Shown: positions 14,549-28,628, numbered from the stretch's first letter. The stretch is DNA of 64,000 nucleotides from the human T2T-CHM13v2.0 reference genome, Homo sapiens (GCF_009914755.1 NC_060927.1); one strand, 5' to 3'. Made by a program: numbers and translations. Notes: a model not told the origin generated them from the sequence alone.

Positions 14549-15067
14549 TCAAACTCTTGTTAATGTTGATATTTTGACATCCTCCCATGAATCATGAATG
14601 TTCTTAATGGCATCCAGAATGGTAAATCCTTTCCAGATGGTTTTCAATTTACCTTGTCCAGAACCATCAGAGGAATCACTATCTATGGCAGCTATAGCCT
14701 TATGAAATGTATTTCTTAAATAATAAGGCCTGTGAGTCAAAATTCCTTCTTGACCTATGAGCTGCAGAACAGATATTGTATTAGCAGGCATGGAAACAAC
14801 ATTAATCTCCTTGATTAATGCTTGGGTGCAAGCTCTTGGGTGACCAGGTGCATTGTTAGTCAGAAGTAGTATTTTGAAAGGAATATTTTTTTTCTGAACA
14901 GTAGGTCTCAACAGTGACACAGAGAGACAGGCTGCCCTTTGAAATTTTGATGCCAGGCACTGATCCTCCTCTCTGGCTACGGAAGTCCTTTGCAGCATCT
15001 TCCAGTAGAAGCCTGTTTCATCTATACCGAAAATCTGTTGTTCAGTGTAGCGAGCCCCCTTTATCAA
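14549..15067 (-). pseudogene. Disrupted Tigger1 DDE transposase fragment
   Basis: IFGIDETGFYWK and FKILLLTNNAPGHP match the pogo DDE_1 motifs (N.DET.FYWK; LL.DNAPGHP). The second catalytic Asp is lost and the frame is broken. Confidence 0.85.
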
Positions 15068-15600
15068 TTATCATAGATACATCTTCTGGATAACTCGCTG
15101 CAGCTTCTATATCAGTACTTGCTGCTTCACCTTGCACTTTAATGTTACAGAGACAACTTCTTTCCTTAAATCTCCTTAATCAATCTCCACTAGCTTCCAA
15201 CTTTTCTTCTGCAGCTTCCTCACCCCTCTCTGCCTTTACAGAATTGAAGAGTTAGGGCCTTGCTTCTAGATTAGGTTTTGGCATAAGGGAATGTTGTGAC
15301 TGGTCTGATTGTCTACCCAGACCACTCAAACTTTCTCCATATCAGCAATAAGGCTGTTTATTTTCTTATCATTCATGTGTCCACTGGAGTAGCACTTTTA
15401 ATTTCCTTCAAAAACTTTTCCTTTGCTTTCATGATTTGGTTGTTTGCTGCGAGAGATCTAGCTTGCGACCCATTTCAGCTTCTGACGTGCCTTCCTAACT
15501 AAGCTTCAACATTTCCAGTTTTTGATATAAAGTGAGAGATGTGTAACTCTTCCTTTCACTTGAACACTTAGAAGCTATTATAGGGTTATTAATTGGCCTA

Positions 15601-15921
15601 TCATATGGTTTGAATATGTTTTCCCTCCAAATCTCATGTTGAAATGTGGTCTCCAGTGTTGATGGTGGGGCCTAGTGAGAGGTGTCTGGATCATGGGGGT
15701 GTACCCCTCATGAATGGCTTGGTGCCATCCCCTTGGTGATAAGTGAGCTCTTGCTCTGAGTTCACACGAGTAAAACTCCCTGAGCCCTCCCTAGAAGTCC
15801 AGCAGATGGTGGCACCAGGCTTGTACAGCCTGAAGAACTGTGAGCCAATTAAACATCTTTTCTTTATAAATTACCCAGCCTCAGGTATTTCTTTATAGCA
15901 ACACAAAAATGGCCTAATACA
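15601..15921 (+). mobile_element. MST (MaLR) solo LTR nested in Tigger1
   Basis: tcatatggtttg...ttctttatagca...ctaataca, with a perfect 5-bp TSD gccta (15596-15600 / 15922-15926). Confidence 0.9.
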
Positions 15922-16329
15922 GCCTAATTTCAATATTACCAAGTCTCAAGGAATAGGGAGGCCCAAGGAAAGGGAGAAAGATGAGGAAAGAACCAGTTGG
16001 TGGAGCAGTCAGAACACACACAGTATTTATTGATTAAATTTGCTGTCTTATATGGGTGCAGTTCATGGTGCCCCAAAACGATAACAAGATTAACATCAAA
16101 GCTCACTAATTACAGATCATCTTAACAGGTATAATACTGAATACATATGAAATAGTGCTAGAATTACCAAAATATGACAGAGACAAAGTGAGCACATGCT
16201 ATTGAAAAAACAGTGCTGATGGACTTGCTCAGTGCAGGGTTGCTACAAACCTTCAATATGTAAAAAATGCAATAAAATGAGGTGTGCTTGTAATAATACA
16301 CAGTTACCCAGTGCTTGTAATAATCCCCA

Positions 16330-17060
16330 GTTAGAATTGCCCTTGACTCCTATTTTTCTCTTACATTACACATTGAGTCCATCAGCAAATGCTAGTCAAA
16401 ATATATACTCAAACAAATCACTTTTCTCTCTCTGCACTGCCAATACCATGTTACCATATCATTGCTAATCTTGCTGCTCATCTCCTAACTAGTCTCTGTT
16501 TCCTCTCCTCCTTATAGACTATTTTCCACACAGCACCCAGATTAATTTAAGTCAGATCATATCATTCCACCATTCAGAGCCCTTTGGTGAATTCCCAAAA
16601 ATCTTAGGATAAAACCCTAAGCATTTTCAATGGCCTGTAAGGCAAGCCCTACATGATCTAGCCTCCTACTATCTCTCCAACCTCATTTACTACCAATGTC
16701 ATTTGCTACCACCCTTGCGTGTTGTTCACTGGGCTCCAGCCATACCGGCCTGCTTACTATTTCTCAAGCGCAGAATCATTTTTCCACTTCAGAAGCTTTG
16801 TACTTGCATTTTCCTATAACGGGAAATGTTCTTCCCCAAGAATCCACGTGGCACCCTCACTATTCAGTCTGTTCAAATAGCATCTTTTCAGAGACACTCA
16901 CTTTGACTACTCTATTTAAAATAATGAACTCCTTTAACTCTGTCTCTTTGCTTTGTTATTGGTTTTGTGTTTCTTATAGAAATTCTCACTTCCTGATGTT
17001 ATTTTTAGCTTTAAAAATTATTGTGGTATATTTTGATTGTTTCTTGCATTAAAATATAAA
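16330..17060 (+). mobile_element. L2 3' region
   Basis: ttccacacagcac, aagtcagatcat, ggctccagccataccggcc are L2 landmarks. Confidence 0.7.
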
Positions 17061-19654
17061 CTCAATGTTTGTCTTGTTGGCACTAAATGCAAGAATTGCA
17101 AACAGCACAAATAAACATTTACAAAGCAATTCAAATCCACAACTAGTAAAAGAAATGAAAATTGAAGCAACAAAAAGTTTCAGCTTTCTTATTAGCACCT
17201 TTCCTATTAGCAAATTAATAATTAATGAGCAAGCACTGGTAAAAGTGCCTGTATTTCCTTAGTCACCAATGAGGGAGTACGAATGGAAACAAGCTTGATA
17301 ATCTTACCAAAGAGTTCTTCCACTTCTATATGGAGCCCTGATAACCCATATTATTCCCTGGCGATTTGTTCATCATGGTCCACTCTTTTATCTGTGGTAA
17401 AAAAAAAACCACTGTAGCTGTGGAACCTTTGATAAAGTTCCTGTTAAGCTACTTAAGGCCTAGGATGCTTTCACCAGGCTTGGCTCTTTAGCCATAATTG
17501 GCCTTGCTACTATTTCCTTGGCTGTTTGGAGGCTATTAAAGAGTTGGTGCATTGGGGCTGTCATGCAAGAGGGGAAGTAATGATGATCCAGAGGGAATAT
17601 ATATACTCACGGGAACCCCCCCCCCCCCCAGTAGAAGCGATTAGAAGTGGAGGTTAGACAAGAGACAGGCACACATATGGAAAGCAGGCGGCTAATACCT
17701 GCTACATCTATGGCAATGGGCTTTTATTTGTGTTGCATATCCAAATAAGGAAAGAGGATGCAAAGATGACATGTGATTTCATGGATAAGAATATCTCTAA
17801 AAATCAAGAAGCCTGATTTCTCTTCTCTGCTTCACCATGGATTGCTATAATTAAGTCTTTAAAAGCAACTGCCTAGGTATTTTAGTGATAGATTTTCCAT
17901 TACGTGTATGGATAATATTCACTTTGCTCTGATTTAACTTACTTGCACATTTCTTTTTAAAAATGGGAATTGACATTTTCCTACTCATTCAGAAAGCTTG
18001 GAATGACAATTTAACACTAAAATCTTATTCCAATTTTGTCCTTAAATAACCAGAAATTGCTGCTATTAAAAAAGTACATTTAAATTGTGACCAGTCTTCA
18101 GAAAGATCCATCTAACTTATTTAAGAATCTGTGACTACTGAAATGCTCAATTGAATAGTCACAGAACAGAACTTCATATTTTTTAAAGTCTGCAATCTCC
18201 TACACTAAGAGTAGAATCTCATATTTTCTTTATTCCAGAACATTCATGGATTTTCTGTTTTGAAAATGACACAATTTTTCAAAATGTAAAATTCTTTCTC
18301 CTGTGAAGAGGTGATAAAATAAATGGTAGCTGAGCTGTCAGTACTGCCTCAAGAGTATGTCACTTTATCTAGTGACGGCTTTTTACAGACTCCACAGCTA
18401 TAGGTCTTTTAACTTGCTTAAGCAATTTTACACAACCAAAATCAGGTATTTCATTTGATAAAATTGAAATTTAACAGAGATGGAAGAAACCAAGATTAGT
18501 TCTTTGATCTCTCACTCCAGCAGATCAGAAATAACATTCTCTGTGCTAACTATCCCAGTTTTCCTCTGCCCCGACAGAGCCTAAATAACTTCACTGATAT
18601 TGATGATGAAAGATTCCAGAATTTTAATTCTGGCATGTAGGTCCTCTGTAGAAGGCTGCTAGTCAGGACCCCTGCCTGACATATAAGAGGAAGCCAGGAT
18701 CTAGGAAAAGAAGATTCTTACTAGGAGGGTTTCCTGGGCATTTAAGATGTATCCACATTCCTCAGCAGGATTCTATGTGTCTGTGGAGTAATGGTAACTA
18801 TTCTTACCCCAAGAAAGCCTAGCGGCCAATAATTCCCCATCTCTACCAGGGATCAGGATCTGCCTCAGCTTAGGAGTGCTCCTCTCAAGGGCTGGCCTAA
18901 GCAGAATGTCCTGGAAAAGTGCAGTTTTCCCAGGGTACACAAAGATTCTTCCAATGACTATAATCTTATACTAGAATCTGAGCTCTGTGAGAACAGGCAC
19001 CACATCTATCTTTTTCACTGATGTTCTCTCAATACCTGGCACAGAGAAGAAATTAAAGCATTTGTGAAATGAATGAATACTTGTTCACTTCAATTGTGGA
19101 GTAACCCATATGCCTAAGAGTGGTATCTCACATAAACCTAAACATCCTTGATATCAGGGTGTGGGTCTTAGAATCATCATATTCCCAGGGCCTAGCACAG
19201 CGTCTGGCACTGTGTATAGTATTCAATAAATATTTAGTTTAACGATTGAATAAATACATACTGTTTTGAAACCTAAAAAGCATTATAAGATTCTCCTGAA
19301 CAACTTCCATTTTATATGGTAAGATTTTTTAAATGCTTAATTCTATTTACTTCTATAATGACTGTATTTTTTTCAGATGTTTTATTGCTAAATTACATTA
19401 AAGAAATAATATGCTAATAATGTTCTCCAAGCCATGAAGCCAAGGAGTCCATGGTTATCAGTATTAGTAATTTGTTGATCAGAATTTCAAAGGACACTGA
19501 TGGCTATAGAAATACAACTTTATGATTTTTTGTGTTCAAATAACTAAGCATTTGTGGTACAACTAAAGTGCTCTTTCTGAAGAGAGTTGTTAATTCTTAA
19601 CCAATTTAGGTAAAACAGTAACATTGTCTCCTATCTAGTCCAGAGCAAATACAT

Positions 19655-20935
19655 CTTTTTCTTTTTATAAAACAAAACTTAGGTATAATTTATATATAAT
19701 ATACAGATCTTAAATGTTCAATCTGATGAGTTTTGACACTTGTGTACACCTGTATAACCACCATCCCAAATAATATACCTAGAATGAACATTTCTATTAC
19801 TCCCAAATTCGCTCATGTCTCTTTAGAGTCAATTCCAAACCCTTATCCTGAGGTAGCTACTTTCTGATTTCTATCACCACATGCTAGCTGCCCGTTCTCG
19901 AGCTTCATATACATGGAACAATACAACATGCTCTCTTCTCTGACTAGCGTTTTTTGTTCAGCATAATGTTTATGAGATGCATGTATGTTATTGCATATAT
20001 CAGTATGCTTAACCCTTGAACAACACAGGTTTGAACTACACGGGTGCACTTACGTGCGGATTTTTTTCAACCAAATGCAGAGAGAGGAATGTGAAATTCA
20101 TGTATATAGAAGGCTGACTTTTCATATATGCAGGTTCCTATATGAGAGAGCCGACTATGGGACTTAAGTACACGTGGATTTGGCTATATGCAGGTGGTCC
20201 TGGAACCAATTCCCCCAGGAGCAACTCTAGTTCATTCCTTTATAGCTGAGTAGTATTCCATTATTTGAATGTACCACAAATTGTTTACCTGGTCTCTTGT
20301 TGATGGAGATTGGGTTATTTCCAGATTTGGGGTATTATGAATAAGGCTGCTGTGAATATTCTGTTTCAATGTTGTTTGTTGTGGCTTTTGGATATGTGTT
20401 TTTATTTCCCTCGGATAAACACTTAGAAATTAAACTGCTATATTACAGGATATACGTTTAACTTCATAAGAAATTACCAAACTATTTTACAAAGTAGTTA
20501 TACCTTTTCTGCTCACATCAGGAATACATGAGGGTTCTAATTGCTCCACATCCTTGCCAACATTTGCTACTGTCAATTTTTTATTTTATTTTATCCATTA
20601 TAGTTGGTATGAAATGTTATCTCATTGTGGTTTAATTTGCATTTTCCTGATGACTAATGTTGAACATCTTTTCATAGCACATTGATGATTTTTATATCTT
20701 CTTTTGTGAAGAGGCTGTTGAGTATTTTGCCTATGTTATATTTTTCCTGACATACAAAAATTCTTTATATATTCGGGATATATGTATTAAAAATATTACT
20801 CCCAAGTATGTGACTTGCCTGTTCTTTTTCTTAATGGCATATTCTGATGAACAAAAAAACCTTTAATTTTAAGTTCATTTTATCTATCTTTTCTAGTGCT
20901 TTTTGTTTCCCGTATAAGAAATCTTTGCCTACCCT
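19655..20935 (-). mobile_element. L1MB/L1MC-type 3' end with nested MER8
   Basis: aggtataatttatat...tgatgagttttgaca...gagtagtattccatt...tctcattgtggtttaatttgcatttt are reverse L1 landmarks. Confidence 0.85.
20006..20227. mobile_element. MER8 (Tigger-family MITE) inside L1
   Basis: acccttgaacaacacaggtttgaactacacgggtgcactta...gtcctggaaccaattcccc. Confidence 0.8.
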
Positions 20936-21346
20936 TTGTCTTTACCGTGGCGGGGGTGGGGGGGGGGGGGTCCCAAGACTACCAATTAGGTTTGATGATA
21001 TACTAGAAGAAAAAGCTGTTACACTCATTCCAGATTAAGGCCAAGAAAGGAAAAAGGTTGGAGTCAAAGAGAAACAAAGTTTGGTATCTATTGTGAGAAA
21101 CATTGTGGGCATAACAGGCATGTGAGTGTGGGAGTAGAATCAACAGTTCTGTTTGAAAAATACTAAATTTAAGCTACATGTGGGACATCCAAGAGAAAAT
21201 ATTAGTAAGTAGCAAGGGATGGGTAAAACTGAAGACATAAATTAAGGACCCATCTGTAGGCCATGAACTGAGTTGAAATCCTCAAAGGAATGAGTATAGA
21301 GAAGAAAAGAAGTGTGGGGTTGGGGCTGTTCCAATATTTGGAGTAA

Positions 21347-21693
<347 letters not shown>

Positions 21694-21950
21694 AGATCCT
21701 GTGTTTCTTACTGAACTGCCTAAATTCTTCATACATTAATGATATTATATTTTGCCAGTTACATCCACTACAAATATTTTCCTAATTTTTGGTTTGTCTT
21801 TTGATTCAGTTTATTTTTTACATATCTACTTTAAAATATGTGTTGTATAGTAAAATCCATTAGTTGTTCCTTTGTGATTTTCTCCATTAAAGGTTAAAAC
21901 ATCTTCACACTATTATTATTTGTCAATTAAAAATTTTAAAATAAGATTTA

Positions 21951-22276
<326 letters not shown>

Positions 22277-22567
22277 TCAAGTAACTATTGGTCAGATTAT
22301 TGGTCAGATAGGCACTTGCATTTTTATTTTTATGTTTGCTTGTTTCAGTGCACTTTGGAATTTATTTTTGTGTGTGGTTGATACTTTTTCAAAGATTTGC
22401 CAATTTTCCCAGCACCGTCTATTAACTATTTCCTTGCTTACTGAGTTGTGACGTCTTCTGCTTCAATTACTACATTTTATTTAGTTGAATTTCAATGTTA
22501 AGCTTTGCAATTGCAAAAGACGACAAAAAGTGTTCCTTCCAATCTTCAAGATACTTTGCACAAGAAT

Positions 22568-22682
22568 CTCAATGTGTTTATATATATATAATATATATAT
22601 AAACTCATTGTGTTATATATATAATATATATATAAACTCATTGTGTTATATATATATAAACTCAATGTGTTATATATATATA
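22568..22682. repeat. AT-rich minisatellite, 3-4 units of ctca(a/t)tgtgtta(ta)n...aaa
   Basis: Visible directly; also produces the repeated YIYNIYINSLC in spurious ORF 22485..22760. Confidence 0.85.
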
Positions 22683-22814
22683 ACAAAACCAACATTTTGT
22701 GGAAGAAAAATGCAGGGAGAGAAGGCTAAAGAGAAGAAAATCATGAAGGGGAGAAAATAATGGGTACAATACATTTCCTGTGGTGGAGAAAAAGGTGTTG
22801 AAAATATTTCAAAA

Positions 22815-23360
22815 AATTCATATAACAAATATGTGTTGAGTGCCTTCCCTATACCAGTCATCATTGTCCTAGGTGCCATGAAGTGGTGAATAAGACAAAA
22901 GCCTGCCCTCAGGGGCTTAGATTTTAGTGGAGACGTTGGGGAGACAGATTATAAATACACAAATGAATTATATAACTTCAGTTCATGATGATGGGATAGA
23001 GTGAATAGGGGAGGTGAAGACAGGCAGGAGGTTAAGAGTGGCCTCTCTGAGATGACATTTAGGCTGAGCTTTAAATCATGAAGAGGCATGGGAAGATGGG
23101 GGTGGCAGAAGTGCTCTAGCAGGAGGGAGGAGTTAGGTGCACAGGCCCTAAGCAAGGGCAAATAACAGAGAAGGCTGATGTGGCTGTAGCATGAGAATGA
23201 AGAGAAGGAGAGAGTGGAAGGAGATAAGGTCAAAGAGATAGGAAAGGGCTTCAGGAAGAAGACTGGATAGCCAGTGGCAATAGGAAGCCTTTGGAGATGT
23301 TTACATGGAGGTATGATATAACCTGTTATAAATTGACATTTAGTTGGCTGTTGTGTAAAA
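22815..23360 (-). mobile_element. L2 3' region
   Basis: aacaaatatgtgttgagtgcc...gaataagacaaa...ggcctctctgagatgacatttaggctgag. Confidence 0.75.
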
Positions 23361-24699
23361 AATAATCTTGTGGGGGTTGGGAGGGAGGGGAAGACAAAGG
23401 ATTCCAGCTAAAAAGGTCTTGTATAAAGAAAAAGACTAACATACTTTGTTCTTTTAAACATAACAAAACTAAATATCTGACATAATGGGAAGAAATATAA
23501 GTGACTAGGGTGTAAGACTACTGAAGGCAGGGATTTTGGTCTGGGTTTTTACTGGGCATCTCCTGTGTTTAAAATAATCAATCTGGCAGTCATTAAAACT
23601 CTGTTGAATGATCAAGTGACTATAGCAAATAAATTTTTATTTGTGTAACAAGACTCAGATGAAATGAACAAACAGAAAAGAGCTTCAGATAAGTCTCATG
23701 AGCTACAGAACTGGTCTCATAATTGCATGGTACATCAATATATGGAGCAAACAGATTTCAATCAGAGATGGGGAGTTTTATAACAACATTACACTAAGAC
23801 AAGGTTCAAATTTCAAGTTTAAATTTAGCCATTTTGTTGTAAACTTCTTCTCATCCCTTAGACTATGAGTTCCTATGCAGCAGGAATTATAACTTATTTT
23901 TAACTCTCCAGTAACAGCAGAACACATTGTGTATATGTATTCCATAAATGTATATTTAGGCTCTTGGAATTCTACTGAAGAAAAGCTAACACATAGGCAA
24001 AATGCTTGAGGAAGAAAATTCGGACAACTTGGCAGCATTTATCATTACTAACATTTTAGTCTTCCAGAGTAAACTTTGAAATTACATTCTAATTTGAAAT
24101 GATTCTGGTTTGACAAGTTAACTCTTGAGACATCTCAATATGATATTATGAAAGAACAAAACCATTCATCAACCCTTTCTGCCAATGTTAACTTCTTTAA
24201 AAAGTAGGATTTTAATGTTTTTTATTCCTACAGTGACCCTTAAAATTTCTATGTATGCAATCACAAATGTACACACAAGATGCATTTATAAGCTTATTGT
24301 GTAGTTCTAAAGACAGTTGGGAAACACATTTTTAATTTTGTTACTGAAATAATTTAAAAATATATTATAAAACTGTCTCTTTTCAATCAACAGCAAAAAT
24401 CTAGAAAGAGATTATACAAGTAGGCACAATTTATGCAAGTTTATTCATGTTAGAAAAATGAAGTTGCCTAACTTCAAATTGTAACAAGTACTCTTATATT
24501 TATTTTTCGTCTTACCATTGACATCAATATATAGCATTTTTTATGCCTTTAAAATAACTTGGGTAATTTATTTAACAAAGATTCCTTATGTACATATGCT
24601 AAAATCTGGAAAATTGTTTTCAGCAATATGTAAAATTTCCTGATGATCTCTGAGACTACCTTTGTGATTTATAACTATCATCAGAAAAAGGGGACTTAC

Positions 24700-24785
24700 C
24701 GGCTTTTATTCATGAGGTCTGCTCCTCGTGCTTTGTAATAATCTAAATTTGGATGGAATTGATAAGTCACTGGTCTTGGATTTCT
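24700..24785 (-). CDS. TBC1D5: TBC1D5 internal coding exon (86 bp): RNPRPVTYQFHPNLDYYKARGADLMNKS(R)
   Basis: Acceptor tgtatttttttttag|AGAAAT and donor AGCCG|gtaagt. Too short for the ORF track. Phase 0 in and phase 2 out, compatible with both neighbouring exons. Confidence 0.93.
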
Positions 24786-25219
24786 CTAAAAAAAAATACA
24801 TTTTTAAAAAGCTAGTTAAATGATTTAATCCATTAACATATAAGAGGACAGCAATGATCATTTTAATATCCCTTCAGAAAAGAATATGTATAATATAAAG
24901 TTTAATAATTAGTGTGATTGGGTTTTGCTTTTATTAAATTATTCCTTACTTCTGATTAAACACAAAAATTATTTATTTTTTCCTCTCTCATAGTTAATAT
25001 TTATTCATCATTAGATTTCTGATGACTTCAAAATAAAATTTTCAAATATAACTTTCCTAAAATATGATGAATAAAATTATAATAACATCTAAAAACTATA
25101 TGAGATGTAACACAACCACAAACTATGCCAAGGGATGGAGAGACATAAGGTGTCAAGGTAACTGCATTTCGGGGGAAGAGAAAGTCATTAGTTTTTTATG
25201 ACCAGAATGCTAAATGTGT

Positions 25220-25233
25220 CCACTAGATGGCAC
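25220..25233 (+). promoter_or_regulatory. Candidate CTCF binding site
   Basis: CCACTAGATGGCAC matches the CTCF core CCAC(C/T)AG(A/G)(G/T)GGC(A/G)C in unique sequence. Binding cannot be shown from sequence alone. Confidence 0.6.
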
Positions 25234-26899
25234 ACTGAGACTTTCTTGTTCCAAAATGAGTTATTTTCAGAATTCAGCAATTCTTTTAAAGTTAGCAATT
25301 TCTATGTCATCTATCCTTATTTATGAGTTTAATAAATGGTCAAAATATGCCAGGTAGTAGAAATATTACCAGGATAACCATTACTATACAAAAGCAAATT
25401 GACCAATGCACATTTTCACAAAAGTAGCAAAAACACTGCCCTTTCTAGAATGCAACATTATTTATAAACATTGCAGAAATGTCCTTGAATCATTAGGTCC
25501 ACGGTGTCTGTTTATATGTGTTGCTATTATTTAAACATATCTATTATTTAAATGTTCAAATCCCTCACAGGCGAGTAAAAATTAAACAAATATACTTCTG
25601 CTTTACAAAAACCAATCATGTTTACAGCATAATTTAAATGAATACCATAATCTCTAAAATGTTAAATTACATATATTTACCATAAAAAGTTTTTAAAACC
25701 TTATAAATAAATGTGTTCTAATGTTTACCTGGGCAGATAATTCAAGTTAATAATTAGGTTTTTGAACCAAGGCATGCACTTCCTTTGAGATACATATCTG
25801 GACACGGAAAAGCTGCATATTATCTTAATAGAAAATTACCAATATGCGCAGAAATCAATCCTTGGAGACATAATTCCAAGGCACTGATACACTCGCATGC
25901 AGGCACGGGGGGGTTGCGGGGGGATATAATTGCTAAGGTTAAACAGTTTGAAATTCATCAAGCGAACAAGCCGCATTTAATGGCCATGATGGACCTTTTC
26001 TTTTTCTGCTGAAAGGAGAATATTTATACAGCTCAACCCTTTCATATCTCTTCCAAGCCAGCCCTAATCATCTGACAAAAATGACAATCCCTTGATTTAG
26101 CTCCAGCTACTACTCCACTGGTTTGGTATTCAACACAGTTCTACAATAATCAAATCTGAATTGCCTTGATGAAGATAACTGATGCTTCCATGACGACCAT
26201 ACTATTAAGTCTAACAGTGCAACTTTTCTCTCTCTAGGAATTACATAGGTTTTCTCATGGTAGCTGATGACAACCTGGACCCAAGTATAATGGGAAAATA
26301 AAATAGAGGTTAAGGCCACTGGCAGATTGACAGTGCATTCATGATGTATTTTAAAAATTAACTTTCGCAGGACTATCGCTCATGACTAATTTTGCCCTTT
26401 ATTCTCAGTACCTGGAAATACATTTTGTTTCTGCTAATAAAAAAAGACCCCTTTTCTCTGACTTCCAACAAACTACTAAAGGATTATGTTACTTTTTGCC
26501 ATAAAATAATGAAAGAAGGGATCACATGGAGCAATTACTTGAAACATCTTTATAAAGAAATGACAAGCAATTCAAGACACAGAGTGCTGATCTATCTAAG
26601 CACTTAAAGCCATTATTAGGAATAATGATCTAACTTGAACATATAAATGAGGCTCAAGTATTGCTTTCACTGAGGCCTATTTAAATTCCTAAGAGACTTA
26701 CTGGTATCAAAGGGAGAGGTAGTTTAAAGTACCACTGTACTGGAAACAAAAAAAAGAATCAAAAGATGATGTTGAAAAACAGCATTTGAAATGTGAAGAA
26801 AATAAAATCAGAGGTTATGGTTGAAAGTTATTCTTTTCTGTTGGGAAGACAGTGATGTTTCTAAAACATAAATATACAGACATATAGATGGATCTAGAC

Positions 26900-27225
26900 C
26901 AGCACTGTCCAACAGTGGGTCACAAATATAAATTTCACCTATAATTTAAAATTTTCTAGTAGCCACATTTAAAAAAGAAAATAAAAAGGAAACAAGTGAA
27001 ACTAAATGTGATATTTTATTTAATTCAGTATATCTAAAATATTATGATTTTAACATGTAATCAACATATACAGTTATTAATGAGATACTTCACATTGTTC
27101 CTTTTGTACAAAGTCTTTGAAATCCAGTGTGTATTTTATACTTATGGCACATCTCAATTTGGACTAGCCACACTTCAAGTGCTAAACAGCCACATGTGGC
27201 AAGTGGCTACTGTACTGGACAGCAT
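26900..27225 (+). mobile_element. MER33 (hAT-Charlie MITE)
   Basis: cagcactgtccaac...aaattttctagtagccacatt...agccacatgtggcaagtggctactgtactggacagca. Confidence 0.85.
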
Positions 27226-27654
27226 AAAATGAAACATCTGAAACACCCGTACACCACTACATGGCTATAAAAATCAACATCTAGACATGAACAATAAAAA
27301 GGATACCAATATTTTTATACATTAAGATTCAGTAAGTACAGTTCTTCCAATTTACCTATAATTCTTCTCTTTCAATTAAGTTAATTTTATCTCTATTAAA
27401 TAAGGTTTTAAAAAGTTAAGGAATTTTGGAATACCATCTCACACAAACAACAACCAAAACAAAACCAAATTGAAACTAGGTAACAGGTTCAAATCATTGT
27501 TAAAAATACATATATAAATGTACACATAAAGGTCAATGGATAGATAACTGGGACGTACCAAAATGATATCAATGGTTTTCCTAGGGGGACAAGATTAAAT
27601 GAGCGGAATTCTCACTTTATGCAATCGAAATATTTTAGAAGAGATACTTGCTCC

Positions 27655-28014
27655 TTTTTTGGGGGGTGGGGTGGGGTGGGGGGGGAGACAGGGTCTCATT
27701 CTGTCGCCCAGGCTGGAGTGTAGTACTGCTATCTTGGCTCATTGAACCCTTGACATCCCAGGCTCAAGTGATCCTCCCACCTCTGCCTCATTGCAGCCTT
27801 GACATCCCAGGCTCAAGTGATCCTCCCACCTCAGCCTCCTGGTAGTTGGGACTACACGCATGCACCAACATGCCTAGATAATTCTTTTATTGTTTTGTAC
27901 AGATGGGGTTTTGCCATGCTGCCCAGGCTGGTCTTGAACTCCTGGAATCAAGTGAACCACCCACCTCAGCCTTCCAAAGTGCTGTTATTACATGTGTGAG
28001 ACACCACGCTTGGC
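27655..28014 (-). mobile_element. AluJ with an internal 49-bp tandem duplication and a G-tract tail
   Basis: J-type diagnostics; ctcattg..ccttgacatcccaggctcaagtgatcctcccacctc occurs at 27738 and 27787. Confidence 0.88.
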
Positions 28015-28266
28015 TAATATTTGCTTTTCTTAAAGGAGTTTTTTTTTTTTTTTCAAATAAAACTTTATAAAAATATAATGATTTCTAACCTTTAAAGTTC
28101 TGGAATCTCCTCTAAAATATAAGAGCTACTAGAATTCTATATATGTAAAACTCTATATGTAAGAAAAATCAGACCCCATGAAAACTGTGATTTCTCATTG
28201 GGCAGAACATGTTATGTCAACACTTTAACATTATGTCTTCATCTGTATTGGAACAATTGGCAATTA

Positions 28267-28609
28267 CAGTCATGTGTTGCTTAATGATGGGGATACGTCC
28301 TGAGAAATGTGTCATTAGGTGATTTCATCATTGTGTGAGCATCACAGAATATATTTTACAAAAATCTAGATGGTATAGCTTATTACACACCTAGGTTATA
28401 TGATACAGCTCATTGACCCCAGGCTACAAACCTGTACAGCATGTTACTGTATTGAATACAGTAGACAGGTACAACACAGTGGTATTTGTGTACTTAAACA
28501 TATTAAAACAGAAAAGGTACAGTAAAAACATGGTATTATAATCTTATGGGACCACTATCATATGTGTGGTCTGTTGTTGACCCAAATGTCATTATGCAGT
28601 ACATGACTG
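28267..28609 (+). mobile_element. Tigger3a/MER7-type MITE
   Basis: TIRs cagtcatg.../...catgactg flanked by TA; interior ggggatacgtcctgagaaatg, aggctacaaacctgtacagcatgttactgta. Confidence 0.88.
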
Positions 28610-28628
28610 TATTTTAAACTCATTTTGA

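Noticed and set aside
15799-15812. Second CTCF-like motif CCAGCAGATGGTGG
   Set aside because: Mismatched at the conserved GGC position and located inside an MST LTR; weak.
17280-17580. Coding-looking unique stretch
   Set aside because: No sustained ORF or recognisable motif; it may be an old repeat interior, but I cannot support a call.
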